Shown one piece after another: positions 24,804 through 38,908 of a stretch of 64,000 nt of DNA. The stretch comes from Microbotryum violaceum (taxonomy: Eukaryota), in the NCBI GenBank assembly GCA_001244265.2, contig CDLV01000018.1, positions 434,001-498,000 on the forward strand, read 5' to 3'. A program made the position numbers and the translations under genes. Within the stretch, counting starts at the first letter, position 1. Each line of letters opens with the position of its first letter. The notes beneath the pieces are model-generated. The model worked only from the letters and a program-made list of their open reading frames with translations, was not told the origin of the DNA and made no database searches.

Positions 24804-27650
24804 ATGGCCGTAACACAATCCACCGTCACGCCTTCAGAGCTAATCCAACACCTGCTCACGCTCGCCACGCTCGAACACGAGCACGAAGCCACGTCCACCT
24901 CGATCCTGCACTCGTCCTGCTCGCTCGCGCAACTCGTCGACGCCGGCGTAGCGATCGCCAATCTCCGACCGGTCAAGACGACCCTTGGCTTGGGAGCGAG
25001 GACCTTGGTGCACCTCGAGATAAATTCGGCGCATTCGAGCCAGGCCGAGCTGCAGTGCGGGGATGTCAGGAACGGCGATTTGGTCAAGTTGGTCGACGCG
25101 AGTGGGGCAGCGTCTACGAGTCAGGGTAAAGGCAAGGGGAAAGCAAAACTCAATACGAGTGTCCTTAGTCAGCAAGAGGGCATAGAAGGTGTCGCGTGGA
25201 AGGTACAACTCGATCGGATCGTCGTCGCGCTCGGCAAACCACCGGCACCCATAAATGGATCCAGCTCGGGCTCGGCTGCCAATGACACCAACGACGATAT
25301 TCAGGTTCCTCTCAACGTTCATCTGTGGGTTCGATCTTCATGAAACGAGTGCAGAACCCCGAGACTGATCCCATCGTATGCCACAGTCTCAAATTGTCCA
25401 ATCCGTCAACTTTTCACCGCCAACGCTCGGCCTTACAAAAGCTGCTCCTCCTCCTCAACTCGCACAAGCCACTCCGACCCCTCATCTCCATACTCCTCGG
25501 ACTAGCCAAACCAGCTCCACCTTCTGATCCCATACCTCCCCTGACGTACTACGACGATCGACTGAACGAGTCCCAGAAAGAAGCGATTGAGTTTTCGCTA
25601 AGAGAGAGTGAACACTTGGCACTGATTTGGGGTCCACCGGGGACGGGAAAGACGCAGACGTTGGTGGAGATAATACGACAATTGGTCGCGAGCGATCAAA
25701 GAGTTTTGGTGGTGGGTGGGAGTAATTTGTCCGGTACGTTCTTTCGAGCCAATGTCTCCCAAGCTCGAGCGCCAAAATTGATCGAGCTCATTTTTCTACC
25801 CGGGGGAAAACAGTCGACAACGTCCTTCAACGCCTCTCTATACCCACCCTTCCCTACCCCAACCCCATCCCTCTAACTCGTCTAGGTCACCCCGCGCGAG
25901 TCCTCAACACTCTGACACCCTACACCCTCGATTCCCAAATATCCTCCTCCTCCGCCTCCGAAATCAACGCCGACCTCAAGGACGAATTGGAACACCTTGA
26001 ACATCGATTGAGGAATGCGAATGGGAAGGATAGGATTAGAGGTAGTGAGAGGAAAAAGAAGTGGGATGAGGTGAGGGGTTTGAGGAGGGATTATGCAAAG
26101 AGGGAAGGAGGGGTCGTTAAAGAGGTATTGGGGAGGGCTAAAGTCGTTTTGGCGACGACGCATGGGTGAGTGAGCCAAGTGTGGATACGTTGAGCAGAGA
26201 TTGACTAGTGATGCTCATCCGGTGCATGCAGAGCCGGAGGAAGAAACCTAGACGACTACATCTTTGACGTCGTCATCATCGACGAAGCTGCTCAAGTCGT
26301 CGAACCTTCAAGCTGGATACCGATACTCAAAGGCAACAAGTTGATTTTGGTCAGTACAGGCGAGTCACATTCACTTGGACGGAGTGTTCATGTGTTGTAC
26401 TTATTCTCGTCGGATAGGCGGGTGATGATTGTCAATTGCCGCCGACGATCAAGAGTCTTAATTCGAAGGAGGGAGGATCCCATCCGGGGAAGAAGGGGCC
26501 CAAGCCTAGATCGAAAGAAGGCACGACGGACGGGGTAGCGGGCACAACGACTGAGGTTCAGGTCGAGAAGCGTTCTTTGGACGAACCCAGGCCGACAGCA
26601 GCCGAACCCGTCAAAGCTGAGAACCTCCCTCCTTCCAAGACGGAGGAACGTGCTGAACCTATATCGGCTCCGGGGGGATCTGATTTTACCGCCACTTCAA
26701 CACCGTCAGATCCAGAGATCGTACCGACAGCTTGTACAGAGGAGACGGCCCCCGTCCCAGCCGACTCTATCCCACCCGAACGAACCCAACTAGTCCCTCT
26801 CTCCCTCTCCCCCGACCTCTCCCTAACCCTCTTCTCCCGGCTCCTGGCCCTCCATGGTCCCTCGATTCGACGCATGCTCAACGTTCAATACCGTTTCAAC
26901 AAGACCATCAACACTTTCCCCTCTCAAAAGCTCTACGACTCCAAACTCGTTCCTTCACCGATAGTCGAGGATTGTACTCTACTTGATCTCTTCGAGGATA
27001 AGAAGGGGAAGGATGAGGATTTGGGTGAACCGGTTGTATTTTGGGACACGGCGGGTTTGGACATGTTTGAGAGGGAGGATAAGGAGAGTCAGAGGAATGA
27101 GAATGAGGCGCAGATTTGTGCAGAGTATGTGAGGTTCTTGGTGAGTGCTCTTTGAGTGTTACAACCTGAATCGTCGTTCTGTGCTCGGACTTTTAACAAC
27201 CCTTGTTTTTATGAATGTTCGTAGATTGATCAAGGCATCAAAGAATCGCAAATCACTTTGATCTCACCTTACAACGCCCAAGTCGCGCTTCTAGCTCAAA
27301 CGCTCCACCCCGAATGGCCGACCCTCGAAATCGGTTCGATCGACGGAATGCAAGGTCGTGAAAACGAGGTCGTCATCATCTCCTTGGTTAGATCGAACCA
27401 GAAGGGGGAAGTGGGGTTCTTGAATGATCAGAGGAGGTTGAATGTGTGAGTTAGTGTGGGGAGTGTAGGTATTCGAATCCAAGGGGAATGCGCTGATGAT
27501 GGCTTTTCATTCCTGTCCAGTGCCATGACTCGACCTAAACGACAGCTCGTCGTCGTTGGCGATTCAGCAACGGTCAAGAAAGGCTCGGCGTATCTCAAAG
27601 ATTGGATGGAATGGTTAGAAGAGAATGCGCTCGTCAAGATACCGGAATGA
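24804..27650 (+). CDS. HCS1: Upf1-like SF1 helicase (Hcs1/IGHMBP2), multi-exon
   Basis: LNESQKEA, GPPGTGKT, RLGHPAR, IIDEAAQ, LNVQYR, ISPYNAQV, IDGMQGRE, RRLNVAMTR. Confidence 0.9.
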
Positions 27651-27775
27651 TGAACGAGCTGGAATATTTGCATTGTCGCGCGTTGCTATACAAAGGTTTC
27701 TTATCTTTTATTTTGCTGGTTCTAAGGTACATTGTGTTGAGAGGGGTTTTACTTGTACTGAATTACTTAGTGTCT

Positions 27776-30700
27776 TTACGAGGCTTCCCATTCTCCTCCG
27801 CTGGCTAGTTGGGCAAAGTGGCCACCGCGTGCACGAAGATCATCCACTGTTCCTCTGTTGGGTGTGAACGCAATGGCTGTCAGTTTTTTCTGTCCCTAGT
27901 TACAAGAAAGAAACGACCGCATACGGTGTGGTACTCACGTTTCCACTACCCGTCCCTCATGTATCACAATCAGCCGATCGCACCTCTTCATCACATCCAA
28001 CTTGTGCGTCACAATAATAGTCGTGCGTCCCTTCTTGACCTCCTCAATCGTCTGCATTACCAAAGCTTGATTCGTAGCGTCCAAAGCCGAGGTACATTCG
28101 TCCAACAAGAGGATCTCTCGCTCTTGCATCAATGCTCGGGCGAGTTGGAGACGTTGGAGTTGACCTCCGGAGATGAGCGACGCGTTTTCGCCTAGCTTGG
28201 TCTCGTAGCCTCGGGGAAGGGTTTGGATAAAGTTGTGAGCATGAGCGAGTTGAGCGGCTCGTTCGATCTTAGCTTGTAGTGCATGTCGAGGTTCGGAGAG
28301 ATTGCAACCGTAGGAGATGTTGTCTGCGATCGAGAGGTCGAAGAGGACGGGGTGTTGGGAAACGACGGCGACGTGATTGCGGAGGAACTTGACATCGACG
28401 CGGGAGAGGGGTCGACCGTCAAGAAGGATGGAGCCGTTCGAGGGCTCGTACAAACGTTGAAGGAGGGCTGTGACAGTTGATTTTCCGGATCCGGAAGAAC
28501 TACGAATAGTTCAAATGAGTCAGTAGCGGATTTCAAGCAGATGCCGTAATGGGTGGTAGGCTCACCCAACGATCCCAACACATTCTCCGGCTTTGATCGA
28601 GAACGAGATCTCTCGCAAGATGGGGACATCCGCTCGCGAAGGGTACGAGAAGTCGACCTTGTTGAACGAGATAGCTCCCTGAACGGGGAAGACCATCGAG
28701 CCTTCCGATTCGGAGGTGTTGGTGTCGAGTTCCAAGAGGCGCGAGAGATCGATGATGGCTTCTTGGGATTTGGTGATGGCCGGCACTACGGGAAAGACAA
28801 CAAGGTAAGCTTGAGACGGGCAGTTAGTCGAGTAGGACTCTTTCACGAACGTACTGTAGATCGCGATTTGTGCGGCATAAGTCATGGAGAAAATGATGAG
28901 GGAGAAAATCGTCGCCATTTTTTCAAAGTCGTAGCGACCGTTCGCGATCAGCAAGGCGCCGACGTAGACCATGACAGCTGCAGAGGAGTCCAGAAAGTAA
29001 TCAGCAATTATGAAGCAACACTAGTGCAAAAGGTCATTACTTACCCTCAGCCACGAATGTGAGTCCCAGCGTGACACCGTTGCCCATCCCTGCGAGAGGA
29101 GCAGCGCGCATCGCTCCGGCGTACGTCTCGTGGAGAGAGTGTTCGAACTTGGCAAGGACGACGGACTCGAGCGACATGGAGCGAAGCGCCTTGATGTTGG
29201 AAACGTTCTGCAAGGAGTACGAAGCGTCTTTTTTTCAGATCAAAGAAGCTTTGGTCAAAACTCTAGACTGGTGTAGAGACTCACCAGATGGAACCGCCTC
29301 GCCACATTTTCGCGTAGCACTTTGTTACGCGCCTCGTGCTTAGCGTGCAGCACTTGAAGACCTCGAGTAAGGAAAAGGAAGATGGGTGCAAAACCAACCC
29401 CAACGAGGGTCAACTCCCAACCGGTAGCCATGGCCCAGAATACGCCCAAAAGTAGCATGGTGGCGCAGACGAGAATTTGGCTAATGACGGTGCCGACGAG
29501 CAAGCGGGCGTCCTCGGCGTCCTTGACGAGGGAATGGACGAGAGCCCCGGTCGTATTCTCCGGTCGGTCGAAGAACGACTTGTCTTGGCGAAGTACAAGT
29601 GCAAGACCTCGGCAACGAAGGGAGGTGATCCATCCCATCGCACAGCGTTCGAGGATGTAGAATTTGAAGAAGTCGGCGAATCCGTCTATGGCCGCGACGA
29701 GGAGCACGAGCAACGATGTTCTGGTGACGACTTTTCCGGCGTGAGGGTTGGCGAGGTTGGCGATGAGCTTGGCCAACAAGAAGGAGAACACGGGTGTACA
29801 AACACCGACGACAATCGAAAGGAAGAGCCCCAGGAAAAGGGCGATTTTGTTGGGCAAGGTCGGGTAGAACTCGCGCGCGATTCGAAGCAAGGACATGACC
29901 TTGCGCGGGGCTGGGTCCGAAGCCATTTCGACTACGACGTCGTCAACGGCCCCTTTTTCGCTGATGTGAGGGGGGGTATTCAACTCAGCCCCGTCGATGT
30001 ACGACTTGTGCTTGACGCGGTTCATGACAGGTCGTCGAGCGACTGCTGCTGAGGCGAGCTGTTCGAGGATGACGAAGGAGAGACTCGAGTCTCGTCGGCG
30101 GCTCATGCTTTCATCCGATCTGAAAGGCGAGGAAGAGGTGGAGCCGAGCTCCATCTTGGAAGAAGTATGGTCGCGCGACGACAATGACCCCTGTCCAGAA
30201 GAGGGGTGGCGCGGCAGCGGCTCGGTGGGGACCGCCAATGCGCTGGAAGTCGCCTTGTATCCCATAGAGGCCCGACGAGCCTTTTGGAGATCTCGAGAAG
30301 CCCGAGCCACATTGTACACCCCACTGCCACCGCCCATCAAGCCAGCTCCCGGCAAACCCCAGTTGGACGACGCTCGTCGACTGTTGTGCTTTGATTGAGG
30401 CCAGTAGGAAGACCTCGTAGCCGACTGGGTGCTCAAGAACTCGGCAGAAAGTTCCTCTAACACGTCTGTGTCGTTCATCTGAATTTCTTCCTCTCCGAGC
30501 TCAAGACGCGGTACTTGCTGCTGTTCCTGCGCAAGCTGGTTGAAAGGACCGTTGTCGACTGCTTCGAGGTCGCGTCGATAGCCTTGCTCGACGACTTGTC
30601 CATCCGCCATGACGTAGACAAAGTCGTTCTCCTCGATCGCGGAGAGGTCGTGGGTGACGATGATGGTGGTCCTGTTCTTGCGAGATGCCTTGATGGCCTC

Positions 30701-33599
30701 CGAGACGAGCAGACGAGAAGTGGCATCGAGCGCCGAAGTAGCTTCATCTGTACAAGGTGCAAGGAAAGAAAGGGTCAGAATTCACTCGATTTATAGGAAC
30801 ATTCTATAATGATAACCTACCCAATATCAACACCGTCGGGTTTCGAATCCAAGCCCTTGCAATGGCAAGTCGTTGTCGTTGACCTCCACTGAGCGCAGCA
30901 CCCTTCTCGCCACTCAACCAAGTATCATAACCCTCAGGAAGGTCGCGCACGAAATCGTGCAACAATGCACCCCGACACGCGGTGGTCACTTCTTCCCGAG
31001 TAACATCCTCAATCTTCCTACGGGACCCGTCTTCCCGAACTTGACCTACGACACCCATCGCAACGTTCTCGTGAACGGTACCTTCAAAGATGATAGCCGC
31101 GCCTTGAGAGACGCAAGCGACGTGCGATCGAAGCCACTCGTCGTCGATCCATTCTAGACCTTGTTCATCGACTTCGATACGTCCAGATTCGGGTGTGTAC
31201 AAACCCATGAGAAGACTCGCGACGGTCGACTTGCCACTTCCTGATCCACCGACGATGAAGGTCGTTTCCCGAGCGGCGAGGTACAAGCTGACGTCTTGAA
31301 GGACAGGGGGGGCAGGGTGAGGTCGCGAAGGGTAGTGAAAGGTAACCCCTCGAAGGGACAGCTCGCCTGTGAAGATGGAAGGCTGGACCTTGCGGAGCGC
31401 ACGAGGGGTCGATTGGCCACGATGCTTCTTGCTCATCGCTCCGTTGACGGGGATGAACACGGGAGCGCTCGACGACATGGGGGCGGAGACGAGAGGCGGG
31501 GAACTACTCTCACGTCGCAGCTCATTCAACGTGGTCGAAGACGCCTTACTATCGTGCAGCGGTGCGAAACTGTCCTTCGATGCGCCCCTAAAGTGCTTGA
31601 TCTTGTTGCGACCTCCTCGGGAAGTCTCCTGCGGCGAGCGAGGATCCTTGACGATCGCCGAGTTTCGGTTCGCAGCTGGGCCTGAAGTGATCTCGGTCTG
31701 CCTAGCCAGATTGAGCTCTCCAGCCATCGCGACTTTACCCTTTTCGAGCGTGACCAAGAGTGGCACGCAGGACTGGACGTAACTCGAGGCGACGAGACAA
31801 GCCCAGAAGCAAGTGCTGATCGACTGCGCCGAGGCCTTGCCGTGACTGACGAGCCACCACCCGAACCAAAAGCCCTGCACAAACATGGCCATGATGATGA
31901 ACTGCACGATACCGCCTCGCAGACCCCAAATCATATGAAGACGATTGTAGATGTTGAAAGCGATGTTGGTAAGCGTAGAAAAGGACTCGACCTCGCGCTC
32001 CTCGGCATTGAAGGCCTTGACGGTCGGGATGGCTCCGAGGATGCGATCGAGCCGGGAGGCCGACTTGGTCGAGTATTCGCGGTCTTGGAGGACCAGAGAG
32101 TGCGCTCTACTCTCGGTAGAGGTTATGACGAATGCGATGATGGGGAAGCAACCGAGGACAGCGAAAGTGAGGATGTAAGAGCGGTAAAAAGAGATCCCGA
32201 GGGCAACGAAGAACGAAGTGAGGTATTGAACGACGAGACCGCATGTCGCCGAGGTCGCCATCCGCACATCGTCAGTTTCCCTGTTTGGCATGTTCAGTAG
32301 AATTAATGATTGAAACCCTTCATTGTCAGATGGCCATCGTGGATAGCTCACCTCGTGAATCGACCCACGAGACCTCCACTGCCCGCTCCCGTTTCATCAT
32401 CACCATCCTCCACCTCCTCCTCATCACTATCGGCAGAAGTGTCGACGCCCATACCCAGGTCGAACCACCCTATACTTCTCTTGTTCACTCCTTCGTACAC
32501 CTCTTTACGCAGTGCTCTAACGACCCTCTCACCATGAATGGTCCACATCCAAGTTGACGACACTTGAAGAAGAAAAATCGCCACGCCGATTCCGGCGAAC
32601 GTGATCGCCGAAGTGCGTGATTGACTGAGCATCGTATGTCGGGCGGCGGCAAGTTGGTCCGCCGATAGAGGGGGTTGATGCATCACGGCAAGTGCATAGT
32701 TTGAATAGGTCCCGAAAGCCTTTCCGATCACCTCGGTCATGTAAGGGGCGACCCCACCTGCGAGAACCGAAAGGATGGTCGCGGGGAGAACGATGGTGAT
32801 GCGGTCGGACCGTGATGTGAGAGCGAAGAGGAGCATCACCGAAGGCTTCGCGTCGGGCTTCTTCCGAGCTGTTTCTGAACTGCCGCTGCCGTCGTCGCTT
32901 GACCCGGACGGCTGCTTCTCCTCCTCCAAGGAAGTCCGTGACTGAAGTTCTGCCGCCGGTGCAAGAGTGGGCATGTAGGTGCCAGGCATGATTTTGGCAC
33001 GCGATGTGTCGTCAAAGCTCTGCCATACTTTGTCGGGTCTGTTGAGGCGAAGCAAGTGTCAGTAAGATGGATCGAGTCCACTGGCAGGTTTACACGTACC
33101 TCGAGATGGGTGATTTTGCGGTCGGACTGAGCCACGAGTGATCCCACTCAAGAGTCCTGGTTGTGCTAATTGGGATGGTGTGGTCGGCAGTCTCCTCTGG
33201 TATCGGATGGACGCTGTCGTCATAGGACAGTCTCCGATAGTGAACCGGCTGGGCGGCCAGACCGCCTTTGGCAAGCTCGCTCGTACGGCCGCCTCCTGTC
33301 TTGCCTGGGGAACGAGCAGGCGTGCCGAGCCTCCGAGTTTCATTGTCGAACGTGTCCTGGCCCAACCGAGGTGATCTATGGGGGGAAGACGCTTCGAGAG
33401 AATAAGATCTCGGTGATAACTGGGTCATGGGGAGCGAGTCGGATCGTGGGGTCGTCGGGGGCGTAGCGCGCGGGCGCTGGTGGGGCTGCTGCCGAGGGGA
33501 GGACAGCCCTTTTGTTACGGCGGGGAATGCTTCAACCGACGGGGCTTCGCTCGGCTCAGGCTGGCCCTGAAGGATGGGATACGAGATCTTCCTGTTCAT
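27776..33599 (-). CDS. STE6: Full-length ABCB transporter, Ste6-like pheromone exporter
   Basis: Two TMD+NBD halves: GGSGSGKST, LSGGQRQRLAIARAWIRNP, ILDEATSALD; ISGGQLQRLQLARAL, LLDECTSALD; C-terminus ...SGGEWEAS*. Substrate is inferred. Confidence 0.8.
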
Positions 33600-33914
33600 G
33601 ATGGTGGAGGAGATGGGCGAGGGGGTGTATCACAGTTTGGTGTTGAGTAGTGAGGAAGGATAGATGGTAGGCCATCAGCAAGGATGCCAAACTCGGTGCA
33701 ATGCATCATGGCGTCTGTCACAAAGCCCGACGATGATACAAAGGGACTTGTGCGCGCCCAGATCCGAGCAGTCCGCTCCTGCTGCGACAATTTTTGCCGG
33801 AGCGCCCGAGTGCCGGAATGCCGCGGCCGCCGGCGGGCCACAGGCGGGTGAGTCGTCGCGCCCATTAGAACGATTACCGCGTGAAACTATCATGGCGGGA
33901 AATTCGCAAACAAA

Positions 33915-36003
33915 AAATGGACACGCCAGCCGAAGACCAAGAAGCACCTCCTAAGGACGTGGAAGACGCTATGGACCAAGATGATGAGCACAACTAAAAT
34001 CCCAAACGTGTCTTTTGTTGCTGCCAACGTGCAGTCAATCAATGAAGACCGTAAGCGTGCCTCTCTTTTCTCCAATCTCCGCTCCCATAACGCCGACGTC
34101 TTTCTCCTGAGCGAAACTGGCCGACCTTCCCCGAAAGGGTGGCCCAGTGGACTCAGGAGTGCCAAGACTTGAAGCTCTCCGCTCTTTTCACTCCTTTCAA
34201 CAACACTGCCATACTTTGGAAGAGCGACTCCGTGGTCATTACCTTTGATCCCGAGTCGCCTCCAAACACTCTTCGTGCCTCTTTCTCTTTCCCGGACCGA
34301 GTCACCGACGCCACCTTTTGTGTGGGTGATTCAAAAGTCCGGGTTGTATCAATATACACGCCTTCCTCCGACAAGCCAGACAAAAAGCGCTTCCTCTCAC
34401 ACCTCAGCACCGCCCTCCGACAAGTTGTACGTGACGAACCCTCGCCGCCTGCGCTCCTAGTCGGGGGGACTGGAATTGTGTTGAGTCCCAGCCCCTCGAT
34501 TCGGAGAACCAAAACGGAACGAATTATGGGGGTCAGGAGATGCGCGACCTTGCCACGGCCACCAATCTTATCGACGCCTATCGGCTCCATCATCCCAAAG
34601 GACGAGCCACGACGAATCGCTCAGCGCCCGGCACGTGCCGTCGCCTTGACCGCATCTATGTCTCGCCTGATTGGGTCGACCTCTTCCATGATCACAAAAT
34701 TTGGGCTCCTGCCCTCAAATCGACGCACTCAATGGTTGTGGCACGGTTCCAAGTGCCGGGCGCAATCGACATCGGTCCGGGCAAATTCAAGCTGGGTTTG
34801 CACGTGATCGAGGGCGACGCGACCTGCAAGTACCTCACCTCCATTGTCCGCACCCTTTACAACAAAGCCCTCCTCCAGACGCCCAACAATCCACCAGCAG
34901 CTTGGACGTCCACCAAAGACCGCCTGCTGCCCGAGCTGCAGGCTCTGGCCCGGACTTTCGCTGACCACTCGCGCTACGGCGCGGCCCTGCGGTCCCGCCT
35001 CGACCCATCTCTGGCGGGTCCCTCTTCCATCTTCATCCGCCTGCGCAAAGTGCGAGCATCCGACCTGATCCCTTCGCTCAAGGTCAACGATGTTGTTCAT
35101 TCCGACCCTGATTCGATGCTTGGAGCGGCCAGCGACTACTTCGAGCGGGTCTATGAGGACCGCCCCATCGATGACGCGGCCCTGAAGGCGATCATTGACG
35201 GCCTCGCTTCAACTCGCCTCTCCCCCGCGAGTTGGCGTGTTGTGAATGAGGATTAGCAGGAAGGCGGCTATCGGTTATTTGATTAGAAGCGCGCGTTTGT
35301 TTAGTGAAGCCTGGCGATGCACACCAACCGTTGTGGAGAGAAGACAAGACAACGGTTGGTGTGCATCGCCAGGCTTCACTAAACAAACGCGCGCTTCTAA
35401 TCAAATAACCGATAGCCGCCTTCCTGCTAATCCTCATTCACAACACGCCAACTGTCCCTCCATCCGGGAAGCCAAGTCGCCTCCCCAACCAGCCCACATC
35501 CCAACAATCGATCTACCTCCTGTGTGATGTGCCTCTCGGAAGCACCCGAGTGCCTGGTTCACCTCGCGGTCGGCTGCCCATTTGCCCGGCGCCTCTGGTC
35601 TGCTCTGTCCCCGACCCCCCACCCAGTCTTTGTGGACTTTGTATGCCCGGTCGTGTCTCGCTCGGAACGTCGACTTGTCGAACTACGATCCTCTTCTTTC
35701 ACTCGATCTTCTGGAAGCTCTGTCGCCGTCGTCGATTCTCGTCGGATCTTTTGGAACCGATCATCGAAACGGAGTTCGAGGGGCTTCGAGCCTCTATCCA
35801 GGAGTCCAAGGGTCGCCTAGTGTCTCTGTAAGACACCAAAGGGGGTTTTAGTGGGTATGGTTGATCCTGGTTTAGGGTCAATGAGTCCTACACTACTGGC
35901 TTCTGTCAGTGTACGTTACAGCATTCCCTCCGACTTTCTTGAAGAGTTCTAGGTATTAATATAATTATGCTGTTAATGAAGTCTATCAAATAAATAAATA
36001 AAG
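33915..36003 (+). mobile_element. Degenerate non-LTR retrotransposon (LINE): ORF1 tail, APE endonuclease, RT missing, C-terminal zinc finger, (AAAT)n tail
   Basis: ANVQSIN, FLLSET, VVSIYTP, GGD(WN) frameshifted, RRLDRIYVS, STHSMV; CVMC..HLAVGC at ~35520-35580; AAATAAATAAATAAA at ~35988-36002. The 5' boundary is approximate. Confidence 0.85.
35230..35453. repeat. Perfect inverted repeat (foldback/MITE-like): 105 bp arms with a 14 bp spacer
   Basis: 35230-35334 is the exact reverse complement of 35349-35453; spacer GGAGAGAAGACAAG. Confidence 0.95.
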
Positions 36004-36094
36004 ACTCGCAGCCAGCGCGCCCCGAGTCACGCCGCTGAGAGCGTTCGGTCTCTGGTGCATTTTCGACTCGAACCACCGACCCAGATTACGCATC

Positions 36095-37689
36095 ATGGCC
36101 ATCTCACCACAGTAGGTGCCCATTTCGATTTCGAAGCTCGAGAGGTGATGAGTAGGCCACCTGACTAACCACAAGTGGCGTGTGACGATGACAGGACGCG
36201 CAAGATCGTGCAGGACGTGGCCCTGTTCGCCGTGTCGCAGGTGCTGTTCTACGCCGCATTCAAGGTGGGTGCAACCCGACCCAGTCTCGACAGCGCACAC
36301 GCGTACTGATGCAGGTGCCCCGCGCTTACGCACAGGCGGTCATGTCGTCGATGGATCCGCAATCGACCAAGCGCAAAGAGGCCAAAGACAAGTCCAAGAA
36401 GGCGCTCTCCAAGCTCGGACTCGATCTCTCCACCTTGGACCTCACAGAACACGAGGAGATCATTGCCGGAGAGGTCGTTCACCCATCAGAGATCAACGTC
36501 ACTTTCAAAGGTCAGTGCAGAGCTGTCTCGGCATCTGACGCGTCACGGGTAGATCAGGTTCCCGTCGGCGATATCGATATCGGCCCGGTCGCTTAGTCGC
36601 CGGTCATCGTCGGTTACTTGGTGCAACCCAAAACTAGAGAGAGCTCACCAACATCCAACGTGCACTTTGATTCACAGACATTGGCGGTTTGGAGCCCATC
36701 ATCTCTCAATTACGCGAGGCCGTCATCTTCCCGCTGTGTTACGCTCAGGTCTTCGAGTCGGCCGCTGGTCTCTTCGGCCCACCCAAAGGCGTCCTACTTT
36801 ACGGTCCTCCAGGATGCGGCAAGACGATGCTCGCCAAGGCGCTGGCCAAGGAGTCGGGCGCGACCTTCATCAACATGCACGTCTCGACCCTGACCGACAA
36901 GTGGTTCGGCGAGTCCAACAAGCTCGTCGCCGCGCTCTTTTCGCTGGCCAAGAAGCTGCAACCGAGTATCATCTTCATCGACGAGATCGATTCCTTTATG
37001 CGGGAACGGAGATCGAGCGACCACGAGGTCACAGGCATGATGAAGGCCGAATTCATGAGGTACGATTTGGGCAGTCACTGCCGCCTCGTGGTACCGTTGT
37101 ACTGGCCACTGACTCTGTGAAGTACTGCTCGCCTCTGTACAGTATGTGGGATGGGTTGGCAACCGGTAACGATACTCGTATCCTCGTGTTGGGTGCAACG
37201 AACCGACCGAACGACATTGACGCCGCCATCTTGCGACGCATGCCCAAACGCTTCTCGATCAAACTTCCGGACTCTCAACAGCGACGCAACATTCTCACTC
37301 TAGTCAGTCCCAACCATACTCTGTGTGCAGAGTACGAGCCGACCGCTCCCGGCTCCATGCGCCGCTGAAGCTGACCCAGTCGCGCCCTTTCTTACCCTCG
37401 TCACCCACAGATGCTCCGAGACATTAAGCTCGACCCTTCATTCTCGATGGACTCGCTCGTACGACGAACCGACGGTCTATCCGGCTCGGACCTCAAAGAA
37501 GCCTGCCGCAACGCCGCCATGGTTCCCGTGCGGGATCACATGCGAAGTCACTCCGTATGTGGGCAGGTCGATTTGGAGAAGATCAAGCAAGGCAACTTTA
37601 AGATCCGACCTCTGCTCAACGGCGATTTTCTCCAACCCGATCAACCTGCAAACGGGAGATATGCGACCGAACCGGAGGGTTTGGACTAA
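36095..37689 (+). CDS. MSP1: Msp1/ATAD1 AAA ATPase, multi-exon
   Basis: [80 protein letters not shown]. Start codon is approximate. Confidence 0.92.
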
Positions 37690-38908
37690 GTGCAAGGCAT
37701 TGGCGAGCACGTAGGTCGCTCTGATGGAGTCAAGTCGAGACGGAGCGGAAAGGAGCCGGAGCGCACGAACTGGTCCTCTGGCATTTGATCATTTACAAGA
37801 TGTTGTGCCAATACAAGATAGACGACATAAGCACTGTTTTTCTTCCATCTTGTCCATACGAGAGCCTCTAATCTAAAGTATAACTTGCCTGTCGTTGCCG
37901 TAACGGTCGATCCAGGGTGGTTTCACGCTGATTCGGCGGTGCGGCACTTCCTGTCGGACTGATGTCTGCGTAACGTTTGTGATGCCTGGCCGGTACTCAT
38001 CGTGCATGGTTCGAGTCGATCGCAAACCCAGCTCTCTCCACGCCGTTCGATGCGCGAATATAGAGTGGACCCTCTGACGAGGGTAATTCAAGTGCGGCGG
38101 CATCGGGGCTTCCGTCCGAACGGTGCGATCCAGCGATCCATCTCCACTGTACAAGACCCCTAGGCCAAAGAAAGAGAGCTGCAGGCGTACACCGACCTTT
38201 GAAAGGCGCCAAGCCAATGAGAATCGGCCGCATCTTCGTCGAGTCGCCCGCCACCCCAGCTGCAGGCACCTCCGCCGCCCCGAGGCGGCCCCCCACACGT
38301 CTTGAAGCGAAAGCTTGGCAATTGGGCGAGTACACGAAGAACCGGGCCTTTTCTCCGCGGACACAAAACGGCATGCTGCAAGATGATAGGATTTCTCCTG
38401 GTGTCTGTAACGCGTTATTGTGTTCGAAAAATAGTTCTTTAAATCAAGTGATATTGCTACCAGAGCACAGAAATTTTGGGCACAATCACAGCACCTCAAA
38501 CGCCCTGGAGCGGTGGAGATAGGACTTGTTTTCGCGCGGGGCAACGGCGCAGAACGGCCCGATCGGTCGCACTCCTCAGCTCCTCCCCCGCGGACAGCGA
38601 AATTGATCGGATGCCAGAGGGCCGTACATCCCCAGTCGAGCTCCAGAACACACAAAGCAGCGATCTTGGGGTAGCCCCGTGGGATTCCCCACATTCCACT
38701 CCAGTTTTCTCACTCCTTCTCCTCTTACTCGACACTTCTTGCCAACCAGCCAAAGTCCTTCTGGTTCTTCAGGTCCTTTGGTCCTGAGCCTCCTCGCCGA
38801 GAACCCTGCCCGAGTCCTCCTTTCGACTTCTCCATTCTCGCTCGCTTCGGCTCCATAATTTCTCTCGCCGCCTCAACCTCTCAGCACTTTTCTTATAGCG
38901 CCTTCGAC

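Noticed and set aside
27776..33599. Mating-type locus assignment based on STE6 and TE density
   Set aside because: No STE3 receptor, pheromone precursor or homeodomain gene is seen in the window.
35192..35527. Two ORFs on opposite strands with identical N-termini (MRISRKAAIG...)
   Set aside because: An artefact of the perfect palindrome.
37873..38694. 273 aa minus-strand ORF
   Set aside because: No motifs and atypical composition; it may be decayed repeat DNA but I cannot support a call.
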